From a virus, in IMG/VR virus record IMGVR_UViG_3300022661_000070: 64,000 nucleotides of DNA, one strand, 5' to 3'. Below the pieces are notes generated by a model, which saw nothing but the letters and a program-made list of their open reading frames with translations, searched no databases and was not told where the DNA came from. Of this stretch, positions 1-8,882 are shown piece after piece. Within the stretch, counting starts at the first letter, position 1; each line of letters starts with the position of its first letter. The position numbers and the translations under genes are program-made.

Positions 1-735
1 TCATTAATTTATTTAGACTAAGGTCTTCACTTTGAACTAAGAATTTATCGAAAGCTGCGTAATAGCAATCTACACTAAAATCCTTTTCTCCTCTAAATGC
101 TATATGAATAGAAGAGTTTCTTTGACCTCTATCTTGAAGTTCTACTACAGAATCTTTTAGTACTTCTGAAAAAGTTCTTTCAGGTTCTTCTTCAGCTTCT
201 GGTTCTGAAGTAGTTTCTTCTTTATCTAAATTCTTATTATATTCTATGTTATCTCTGTCTTGTTGATATTTTTCTCTAGCTTTCTTTTGTTTAGCTTCTT
301 CTGCAGCTCTAGCTTCTTCTTTTGCTTTTTCAGCATTTTGCTCTTCTGCAGTTAATTCATCTCTAGTCTTATACCCTATCTCTTTTAAAGTTAATGCCAA
401 TGCATCTGCAGTTTCTTCTGGTTTAGTTATGTCATAAGAGCCAGCTTTAGCTCCCCTTAAACCATAGAAAACGTTTGAGAAAACTTGATAACCATCCTCT
501 AAGTCTGAGTGATTAGAGTTAAAGTCTATCATTACTTTGTTTCCTTTAAAGTCTTTTCCTGTAAATGTAGCTGAATTAGGTCTTTGAGATATAGGGTCTG
601 GAGCCATTTTTATTTCATATTTATTTTCTAATACTGGAAATACTTGACTAACGATTTGTTTAAGATATTTATTTATATTAGCTTTACCTTTTCCAAATAC
701 TTTTTTATCTACTATAGCTTCTTCTAATTTCTCCA
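1..735 (-). CDS. hypothetical protein, C-terminus cut by window edge
   Basis: Open minus-strand frame from ATG near 735 (MEKLEEAIVDKKVFGKGKANINKYLKQ...) running off position 1; contains a Lys/Glu/Ala-rich segment. Confidence 0.6.
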
Positions 736-740
736 TCTTA

Positions 741-1025
741 TCACCTCTCTATTAAATGTCCATTATTATAAAATTGTTCTAAATCATGAACTAATTCATT
801 CTTAGTCCAAGAATTATTATACTTTTTCTGTAAGTCGTTATGTAAATCTTGATATCTTTTCTTAAATTCTTCACTATATATTATATTTTCTGCAGATTCT
901 ACTTTATCATCTTTTTCTAAAAACTTCTTTACTTCTTCTGGAGTTAAGTAATTATTCCAGTCAATAGAAGCTTTCTCTAATAACTTTGCTATTATTTGAT
1001 TAGATATACTCATTATTCTACCCAT
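741..1025 (-). CDS. hypothetical protein
   Basis: ORF in compact minus-strand operon. Confidence 0.6.
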   Translation of the reverse strand: MGRIMSISNQIIAKLLEKASIDWNNYLTPEEVKKFLEKDDKVESAENIIYSEEFKKRYQDLHNDLQKKYNNSWTKNELVHDLEQFYNNGHLIER

Positions 1026-1858
1026 CCTAACTTTTTAAAATATTCTTTTATATAGTCTTGGTCTATTTCTAATTCCTTAGCTAAACCTTCAACTCCTTTT
1101 TCTCCAAACTCTTCTTCTATAAATTCATCTAATGTCATATTAGGGTCTGATTTATTTATTCTATCTATCTCTTGAGCTAAGCTTCCTTTTATATCTTCAT
1201 CATCTAAGAATTTATTAAATCCTGCTTTAGATGCCATAAAGTCATTCATATAAGAATCAGCAGTTTCCCAACTAATTTTATCTTTCTTAGTCTTAGCTTG
1301 ATGAATAAGTCTTCCTCTATTAAATGATTTATAACTATCTCCTTTATTGTAAGCTAACCAGTTAGTAACATCTTTTGCCATTTGTTCAAATAGCTGTCCT
1401 GATTTAATTAAGTCTACTACTGATAATAAATGCTTACAAAGAGCACCTTTTAGTCTTACATTGTTTACTTGAGGAGCTCTTGTTTCTGGCTCTAATCCAT
1501 AATCTCTAGTATGTGCCATGTATTTAAATGACCAATATAAGAAAGAAGGGTCATCACACATCAATCTTATGTCTTGATTATGAAACATATTTTGTATATC
1601 TCTCGCTGTTATTTCTTCTCCTTCTTCGAATAAAGTAGCCATGTCTTTTACTTCTATAGTTTGATACCATGCATTTCCAGGATGAGATTGAGAGCTAGTT
1701 CTAAAATTAAATATACCAAACTTAGATATTCCTAAATATCTAGACTCTACAAAATCAGCTCTGTCTGCAAGTTTAGGAGTTTGTTGACGAGTTTTAGTTT
1801 CTAGTTGATATAGTTTTGCTTCTAATAATATTTTGTTATTTATTTCTAGAAGTTTCAT
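1013..1858 (-). CDS. hypothetical protein in head/packaging block
   Basis: 281 aa ORF downstream of portal. Confidence 0.7.
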   Translation of the reverse strand: MKLLEINNKILLEAKLYQLETKTRQQTPKLADRADFVESRYLGISKFGIFNFRTSSQSHPGNAWYQTIEVKDMATLFEEGEEITARDIQNMFHNQDIRLMCDDPSFLYWSFKYMAHTRDYGLEPETRAPQVNNVRLKGALCKHLLSVVDLIKSGQLFEQMAKDVTNWLAYNKGDSYKSFNRGRLIHQAKTKKDKISWETADSYMNDFMASKAGFNKFLDDEDIKGSLAQEIDRINKSDPNMTLDEFIEEEFGEKGVEGLAKELEIDQDYIKEYFKKLGWVE

Positions 1859-1859
1859 G

Positions 1860-2147
1860 CTATTCCTCCTTAAACATATCTTTATATAAAGTCTTTAATT
1901 CTTCATTTATACTAATTAAATCTTCTAAATATTTTCTTTCATATATTCCTTTTTCTTCTATTTTAAATATAGCTTCAGTTGCATTAGATACTATTGCATT
2001 TAAAGCTTGAGTTATAGATACACTCTCTATTTCTGATTGAGGATTTAATTTATCTAAAGCTTTATTCATTTGCTTTTTCTTAGCATCATTGAAGTCTACA
2101 ACATTAGATTCATTTAGTTTTTCTATTAAGCTTCCAGTTATCTTCAT
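1860..2147 (-). CDS. hypothetical protein
   Basis: 95 aa ORF, compact spacing. Confidence 0.6.
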   Translation of the reverse strand: MKITGSLIEKLNESNVVDFNDAKKKQMNKALDKLNPQSEIESVSITQALNAIVSNATEAIFKIEEKGIYERKYLEDLISINEELKTLYKDMFKEE

Positions 2148-2224
2148 ATTATCTTCCTCTCTTTAAATCAGTAAGCCTCAGAATTAATTCTAAGACTTTT
2201 TCTGATTTAATTTATATAATTCTA

Positions 2225-4214
2225 TTAGCCAATTTCTCTACCAACTGTATCTTCTGGTGGAGTAACTCCGGTATCTAAATCTGTGCCGTCATCTACAGGT
2301 TCTGTTTCTGTAGTTTCAGCATCTAAATCTGGAAGTTCTTCATCTCCAGTTTCTTCAGTAGGTTCTTCATCTATTCCAGGTCCAGATATAATATCAGATG
2401 GTCCGCTAGTTGGACTTACTGGTGAGCTTCCTGCTCCACTACCTAAGTTTCTTCCATCTTCTCCTGTAGGAGCTACTGCTGGTTGAATCTTTTCATCTTC
2501 TACTATTTTTTCAAATAAGTCTGAACCGAAGAATTCTTTTAATAATTTATCTCTAGTTTTACTATACATATCTGATTCAAACGTTATTCCTAATGAAGCT
2601 AATCTTTCAATCATTGCTCCAAGAGTTTCCATTTGTTTTTGTTTTAACTCTGCTCTTGCTGAGTCCTCAGCTGAATTTACTGATGTAAATATAATTCTGA
2701 AGTCAGGTAATTCAGCTAAAGCTTTCTTAGTTCTAGTCATTTCTAAGTATTTTAGACATAAGTCTTTCAAACCTTCAGCTAAGATTGTTTGTAATCTTTG
2801 AACTGTTCTACAATATCTTATGTCTAATTGAGTAAGTGAGGTATTCATCATTCCTGCTGTATCTTCTCCAAAACCGAAGTAAGCTTTAGGAGTTCTTAAT
2901 GCAGCAAATAACTTGTCTTTAAAGTAATCTAAGTCAACTGCATCAGTCATGTTTATGTCTCCACCTACAGTTTTAACATCTATAACTCCGACACCGTTTC
3001 TAGTTGGAATAAATATAGAGTCTCCTAATGGAACTTGTGATAAGTTAGAATTATATATTCTATTTCTTACATCTACAGTTTCATCAGCTTTTATTTTATT
3101 TTTTAATCTTTCCAATATATCATATGTCTCTTTATTTCCTTTTGCTCCAACTTCTACTGAGAATATTCTATATAGTAAAGACCTTGTCATTCTTGTTAAT
3201 AGAAGAATATCTTCCATTGCTGAAAGTACTTGCCAAGCTGTCATTGCATTTTCTAAGAAAGATTCTCCTCTTTCTAATTGATAATATTCTTTCTTATCAG
3301 CAGTTTCTCTAACTCCACCAACTTCAAAAGTAACTTTATGTTTACCTGTATTATTAGTAAAATTGATTATTCTATCTGGCTTGATAAATTTATCTGTATG
3401 GTCTCTATCTACATAAGCTATAAGTTTTTGTTTTGCATATACTGCATAAAGATTAGTTCCTCTTCCTATAGTTTCTGTATACCATCTTCCTTTTAGCATC
3501 TTTTTAAAAGAAGTAAGCTCAGCTTCTGTTAAAAGTTGATTTCTTTGTTTTCTATCTAAAGTAGTTTCAAAAGCATGTTCTTTTAAGTTCCATTTTCTAT
3601 TTGATAAATCTGTTCTTTGATTACCATATTTCTCATAATCTACTTTTAGATGTTCATTGTCTTGAACCATTTTCATATCTGAAAGTAATTCTTTTTCAGT
3701 TAATATACTCTTTATTTTATCATTAACTGGAGATAAATAATCTCTGTTTGCTTCAACTAAAGTTAATTTATCATCTACTAATGCATCAGCAAAATCTAAT
3801 TTTACATGAGCATCTCCATATTTAATTATTCTTTTTAGTATAGAACTTAAATATTTTTCCATTCTTAAATCTTCAGTTAAGAATCTATAAAGCTCTTTAG
3901 ATAATCCTTTTGATAATTCATTTTCATATTGGTCATCTGGAGTATCTACTTCTACTTTAAACATGGTTCCTGAGTATGGGTCTTTTTGTAGTGCATCTTC
4001 TGTCCACATATCGATTGCTGAAGCTATGATTGAGTCTTGACACATTCTATCAATAAGTAAATCATTATTCATATAATTACTATCTATTTTAGTAATTCCG
4101 TTGTACGAAGCTATAAGCATTTATTCCATTAATACTTGCATACTCTTTTAACCAGTCGTTAGAATTATCTTTAGGAGCTGCGGTATTTTTATTTTTTCTA
4201 TTAATTAGAGCCAC
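2225..4214 (-). CDS. portal protein, requiring one +1 frameshift at CGG 4100..4098
   Basis: Track ORF 2225..4120 has T4/SPO1-type portal features (GVIDVKTVGGDINMTDAVDLDYFKDKLFAALRTPKAYFG). Its ATG at 4120 has no RBS. A GTG at 4214 with AGGAGGT upstream opens MALINRKNKNTAAPKDNSNDWLKEYASINGINAYSFVQ-(CGG), which joins GITKIDSNYMNN... by a +1 shift. Confidence 0.8.
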
Positions 4215-4226
4215 TTATTTTACCTC

Positions 4227-4472
4227 CTATCTTAGTTCTCTTCCAAACTTAGATTCTATTCCAAGTCTAGACTCTAAATAATCTAGTTTAGATAATAACT
4301 CATCAAATTCTTTATCTTCTAAACTAACTTTTCTAGAGTTATATTCATTTATTTTTCTTCTTATTTCATAGACTTTATTCATTAATTCTTCTGTAGATTT
4401 ATTTTCCATTTGTCTTTTCCATAAACTTAAATCTGATTCTGAAAGAAGTCTTATCTTCTCTGATAATTTCAT
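4227..4472 (-). CDS. hypothetical protein
   Basis: 81 aa ORF between terminase and portal. Confidence 0.6.
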   Translation of the reverse strand: MKLSEKIRLLSESDLSLWKRQMENKSTEELMNKVYEIRRKINEYNSRKVSLEDKEFDELLSKLDYLESRLGIESKFGRELR

Positions 4473-4510
4473 AAGTTATCACCTAAAATTATATATAAAG
4501 TTCAAACAAC

Positions 4511-6315
4511 TTAGATAGTCATAAACACTTCCAAGTCATCTTGTATCATGTAGCTAAGTAGTGTATCATCTTCTACTAAGTTCATTAATGACCCAACAGC
4601 AGAGTCAGATAAGTCCTTGTGCCCATCTAACAAGTGGTCTACTTTACGTCTAGTTCTATAATGAACTACTCCGAATAATTCTTCTTCAAATACGTCATGT
4701 TGTGGGAATTTAACTCTATCTTGATAAATATAATCTATCATAGTTAAATAAGCCTCATCAGTTTTATCAACTGACCTATACTGTACAGGGAATCCTGCTT
4801 TTTCTAGTTCTTGCATTGCTTCTGCTGATTGGAAAGTATCATAAGAAATCATTCCCCAGTTTATTCCTTTATTCTTTGTAAGCCAAGGTATTAAACTTCT
4901 TACCTTAGCTAAATCTATCTTAGCTGGAGCTTTTGGTGGTCTTATTAAAAGCATCCAGTCATATTTTACATGTAGTGTTATAGTATCATCTGGTTCTACA
5001 GTAATATAATCTAGATAGCAACAAGATAAACCAGTGCTATCTCCTGATAATGATTGGTCAACGTGCATGTATCTTTTCTTTTCTGGTTGTTCAGGTTGCC
5101 ATGATTCTAAGATATAGTCCTGAGGTGTAGTTAATAATTTAGTAGATACAGTTATCTCATCTTTAGAGAAAGCTCTTGGAATTGTATTATCTACACAAGC
5201 ATTATAGTGTTCTTTAGAATTAAATAGTTTTCCTTCACCAGCTACTGCCTCACCAGCGATATCTTGAATAGATTGTATTAAATTTTGTCTAAAGTCATTT
5301 ATAAAATCTATTGGAACTGTTATTACTCTACTTTGAAATTTTTCTGGTATGTGCATTACTGCTTCAGTCACTGACATTTCATCTACTCTTTTTATAGCTA
5401 AAGAGTCTAATATAGAGTTAACATCTTGATATGAATCTATTATGAATGGGTCCATTTCAGCAGTTCCTAAGAACACATAAAATCTTTCTTTACTATAGTT
5501 TTGAGGCTTAACATCATAAACCTTTGCATCAATAATATAAGTGTGTGGGTCTCCTTGAGTTTCTGCTACCCTTTGTGAAGTGAAAGAAGTATCATACATA
5601 GATGATGATACTAGAATTGAAAGTGAGTGGTTCTCACCAGCAACCATGAACCTCGACTTTCCGTCTATTTCTTATGGCTGTATAAATTGATTTAGCTTTG
5701 TTTTGAACTTCAGTAGTCATTTCTGATTGTTTTGTATCTTTTTGATAGAAGTTAGCCTCATCCAGTACTGAACCAATTAAGTTAGTTCCTATTGTATGAG
5801 AAGTATTAGATGCAAACCTAATCAACATATTTGCTTGTGGGAATTTAATAGCTGCATTGTTCTTCATGTCTCTCATAAAATGCTCTTGAAAATAAGGACA
5901 TCTGTCTATCATTTCTCTTAGTTGCCCGAATCCAGTTAATTCAGCTTGTTGTAAGTTTAAGTTGAAATAAGCAAACATCAACTTTGAACTTCCCATTAAG
6001 TTAAATAAAGCTGGTATATTTGTGTAACAACTTAGTTCATATAATCTTCTTAATAATAGTATATTTGCTATTGTAGTTTTACCAGTTCCCAAACTTCCGA
6101 GTGAATATTACCTCATTTATTCTTATTGGATTATTAAATATATTGATGATATGGTTTTTCCAGTAAGGGTAAATAGCATCTGCATCTGGACAGTAATAAG
6201 TAGAATTTACCCACTCTTCTATAGGAACTACGTCTCTAACTCTAGCTGCTTTCTTCTCTCCATCTTTCATTACTGCTAAAGTTTCTATAATATTTTCTAA
6301 TGAATTAGTACTCAT
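4511..6315 (-). CDS. terminase large subunit spread over three overlapping ORFs (6079..6315, 5634..6092, 4511..5647), joined by two +1 shifts
   Basis: Joined protein contains EVIFTGSLGTGKTT (Walker A), a VLDEANF Walker-B-like segment and a C-terminal nuclease-like half (MHVDQSLSGDSTGLS, DGHKDLSDSAVG). Adjacent to portal. Confidence 0.85.
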
Positions 6316-6370
6316 AAAAGTGCTTCAACCTCCTCTTTGCTTCTTATATCTATATATAAAAGCAAAGAAA

Positions 6371-6398
6371 AATAGAGAGGTAGCTATATCTCTCTATT
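6371..6398 (-). terminator. hairpin terminator candidate
   Basis: AATAGAGAG...CTCTCTATT followed on the minus strand by TTTCTTT. Confidence 0.6.
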
Positions 6399-6509
6399 CT
6401 TCTTTAAGGTTCAAATTATTGTCTTCATTGTCTGTAGTTAGAAGGAACAAACAATGAAAATGAAATTACTAGGGCTAAAGTACTCTACATGCTTTAATCC
6501 TGTGATTAT

Positions 6510-6538
6510 ATTATAACATCGTTTCCATAAAAAGTAAA
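6510..6538 (-). promoter_or_regulatory. sigma-A-like promoter TTTACT-N17-TATAAT
   Basis: Minus strand TTTACT (6538..6533), 17 nt, TATAAT (6515..6510). Confidence 0.6.
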
Positions 6539-6733
6539 CAATAATTTTAAAAAATTTTACAACGTTGTTTACTTCATGTTCTTTCTATCTACTCTCACCT
6601 TTATCTTATGAATACTGGGCGAAGACTATTTTATCAGCAATCTTACAATCTTCTTAGTAGCGCCCTTTAGAATAATCGCTATTTGTTATATTATAACAAT
6701 TCTAGTAACGTTACTTGCTGAGCCCATATTTGT

Positions 6734-7099
6734 CTATTTTATGGTTGTTAATACTTTATGAAGTCTTTCCTTCTCTTTATCTGAATCATCAGATATTTGT
6801 TCTAACATTAATACCTTATCTAAATCAGTAAGTCCATTAACTAATTTATCTACTGCAATTTCAGTTACTATTTCTCTAACTTCTATTAAATCTTCATTAG
6901 TGGCTTTAGTTGGTCTTACCATTCCTACCCAGTAATCTATATAAGTGTCTAAAGTTATTCCAGTGACTGATACTGTATTTGCTGCTACTGAGAACTTACA
7001 ATATTTCCCATTCCTTTGTTTAGCTATGATATCTTTCTTTATGTATCTTTTAGCTCTTTCTAATTTCATGTTCATTTCGTTTCTTTTAGTGCTGTCCAT
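6734..7099 (-). CDS. hypothetical protein
   Basis: 121 aa ORF preceded by AGGAGGAGTCTT. Confidence 0.65.
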   Translation of the reverse strand: MDSTKRNEMNMKLERAKRYIKKDIIAKQRNGKYCKFSVAANTVSVTGITLDTYIDYWVGMVRPTKATNEDLIEVREIVTEIAVDKLVNGLTDLDKVLMLEQISDDSDKEKERLHKVLTTIK

Positions 7100-7104
7100 A
7101 AGAC

Positions 7105-7290
7105 TCCTCCTAAATTAAATAAAGTGCCGTCTTTCCGAGCTGTCACCATCTTTCACCTACCTAAGTAAGCTTCTTCTGCATACTTCTTGGTCTTTCTTAG
7201 GTTCGAACTCCATCAAAGTTGCCGTGTATGCCTGACCTTCAGTAATGACCTCTATTCCTGAAGAATACCATTAATTGAGGCGGTATAAAC
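7105..7290 (-). ncRNA. candidate structured RNA with internal pseudoknot
   Basis: No long ORF. GCATAC/GTATGC (7231..7226 with 7183..7178) interleaved with ACCTAAG/CTTAGGT (7202..7196 with 7165..7159), plus CTTCAG/CTGAAG. Confidence 0.35.
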
Positions 7291-7403
7291 TGGTATCTCG
7301 TGAAAGACTCGACCTTCCCCTCCATCTCATAGATTTTATGTTAAACTTATTGTACTTCTAAGCTTAACTCATATGAGTGCTTTTACCTCTAAGCTAACGA
7401 GAC
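7291..7403 (-). tRNA. tRNA-like element with encoded CCA and abnormally expanded anticodon arm
   Basis: 7-bp acceptor GTCTCGT/ACGAGAT + A + CCA; D-arm GCTT-AGAGGTAA-AAGC; anticodon-position stem CTCAT/ATGAG enclosing 42 nt with a 10-bp inner hairpin; degenerate T-arm GGAAG-GTCGAGT-CTTTC. Confidence 0.45.
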
Positions 7404-7408
7404 ATATA

Positions 7409-7484
7409 TGGAGCTTCCTGTCAGATTTGAACTGACGACCTATACATTACTAGTGTATTGCTCTACCATCTGAGCTAAGGAAGC
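7409..7484 (-). tRNA. tRNA-Thr (anticodon AGT), CCA encoded
   Basis: GCTTCCT/AGGAAGC acceptor, GCTC D-arm, ATACA-CTAGTAA-TGTAT anticodon arm, GTCAG-TTCAAAT-CTGAC T-arm, T + CCA. Confidence 0.9.
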
Positions 7485-7499
7485 ATAAAGTCTAATATA

Positions 7500-7740
7500 G
7501 GAAAGTAGGGGTGACGTCCTGCCCTACTAATTCAAACCAAGTTCGTGGCTCTATAAGTACCTATACTAGTGTCGAACATCCTCTGTTGCGGATTCGAACC
7601 GCTTTTTCCTCAGCTTTTACTATACTTTGACATGTATCTATTACACTGTTCAGAGGATATGTACGAGGTTTTAATTTTGTTTTCAACGGAGGTTCCTCGT
7701 CTTTATACTCCGCATATCCAGGAGCTACCTGGCCTCTGGC
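7500..7740 (-). ncRNA. candidate structured RNA, including a pseudoknot and a degenerate tRNA-like segment
   Basis: No ORF and GC-rich against an AT-rich background. CCAGG/CCTGG hairpin; CGGAG/CTCCG interleaved with ACGAGG/CCTCGT; GCGGTTCGAATCCGC T-arm-like hairpin flanked by ATCCTCTG/CAGAGGAT. Confidence 0.4.
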
Positions 7741-7767
7741 GCTAAATCTATTTGTTTTAAATTTAGT

Positions 7768-8223
7768 CTAGTTTCCTGTTGAACCAAATCCGCCTTCTCC
7801 TCTTTCTGTATTATCATATGCTGCATATTCTTCTTCAGTTATTGCTTTAGGTTTGCAAAGAGAAATTGGTACCACTAAACCTTGAGTTATTTTATCTCCG
7901 GCTTTTAGTGTAACTGGTTCTTTACCATTATTAAATAAGTGTAAATGTACTACTCCTCTGTAATCTGAGTCTACTACGCATGCTCCAATAGTTAATTTTT
8001 TCTTTGTTGCTACTCCAGATTTTTCTTTAAAGATTAAAGCATAGTTTTTTGGAACTATAACTTTTATTCCTGCATCTATAAGTACATCTTCATTTGTATT
8101 TATAGTTGTTTCTTCAAAATCATCTGGAATAAAGAAATCTATTCCTGCATCTGTGTCATGCCCTCTTACTGGGTCTTTTACACTTTTAGTTTTTATGTAT
8201 AATAAATCAAAATCCATATTCAT
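7768..8223 (-). CDS. dut: dUTP diphosphatase
   Basis: Motifs DAGIDFF, KSGVATKK, GVVDSDYRG-like (ACVVDSDYRGVV), GDKITQG, ERGEGGFGSTG. Confidence 0.95.
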   Translation of the reverse strand: MNMDFDLLYIKTKSVKDPVRGHDTDAGIDFFIPDDFEETTINTNEDVLIDAGIKVIVPKNYALIFKEKSGVATKKKLTIGACVVDSDYRGVVHLHLFNNGKEPVTLKAGDKITQGLVVPISLCKPKAITEEEYAAYDNTERGEGGFGSTGN

Positions 8224-8240
8224 ATTTCCTTCCTTAATTA

Positions 8241-8498
8241 CTAATCCATATTATTATATGCTTCTAAGATTGTATCTTGAATCATATTTCTTGTATCAGA
8301 GTTAATTGGATGAGCAATATCTTTAAATTCTCCAGAAGCTAATTTTCTAGATGGGAAAGATACAAACATGTTGTTATCACCTTCTATAACTTTGATTCCA
8401 TGAACTGCAAATTCATTGTCTAATGTTATAGATACGATAGCTCTAACTCTTGAATCTTCAGGTCTTACTTTTGAAACTCTTACGTCTGTTACTATCAT
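8241..8498 (-). CDS. hypothetical protein (possible SpoVG-like)
   Basis: [11 protein letters not shown]...[33 protein letters not shown] resembles the SpoVG pattern. Confidence 0.6.
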   Translation of the reverse strand: MIVTDVRVSKVRPEDSRVRAIVSITLDNEFAVHGIKVIEGDNNMFVSFPSRKLASGEFKDIAHPINSDTRNMIQDTILEAYNNMD

Positions 8499-8818
8499 TC
8501 CTGTTCCTCCTTCTTTTCAGTATTTGTGATTTTATCTATATCTAAGTTTAATATAGAGTCATCGTATAATATTATTATGCTTTCATACTTATTATTTTTA
8601 GCAAACTTTAAGATACTTTCAAATCTTTCACCAGAATTTTTCTGAGTATCTACTATAAGTACCCAAGCTTCTGTATAATGAGAGTGATATTCACATCCTT
8701 TATCTAAAGTAGTGACTATTATTAAGTTCTTTGGATTGATGTGTTCATATAGATAGTTTAGTGTCTTAGAATTTCCACTACTATCATAGCTTATTACAAA
8801 GTATTTTAAATCATCCAT
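8495..8818 (-). CDS. hypothetical protein
   Basis: 107 aa ORF. Confidence 0.5.
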   Translation of the reverse strand: MDDLKYFVISYDSSGNSKTLNYLYEHINPKNLIIVTTLDKGCEYHSHYTEAWVLIVDTQKNSGERFESILKFAKNNKYESIIILYDDSILNLDIDKITNTEKKEEQE

Positions 8819-8882
8819 TTTTATTATTCCTCCCTTAACATCAGAATGACCCAGAATGCATTTTCTAGTGAAAGATATGAAG

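Noticed and set aside
5634-6315. Intron, intein or homing insertion splitting the terminase
   Set aside because: Adjacent fragments overlap by a few bases and there is no inserted sequence; only a one-base shift is needed at each CGG
7501-7530. GTAGGG/CCCTAC hairpin as rho-independent terminator
   Set aside because: No U-tract follows on either strand
7575-7657. Second canonical tRNA with ATCCTCTG/CAGAGGAT acceptor and GGTTCGAATCC T-arm
   Set aside because: No acceptable D-arm or anticodon arm could be built and there is no CCA; left as part of the structured RNA region
7100-7740. tmRNA
   Set aside because: A complete tRNA-Thr is embedded, and I could not find a tag reading frame or a paired 5'/3' tRNA-like domain; a covariance search would be decisive
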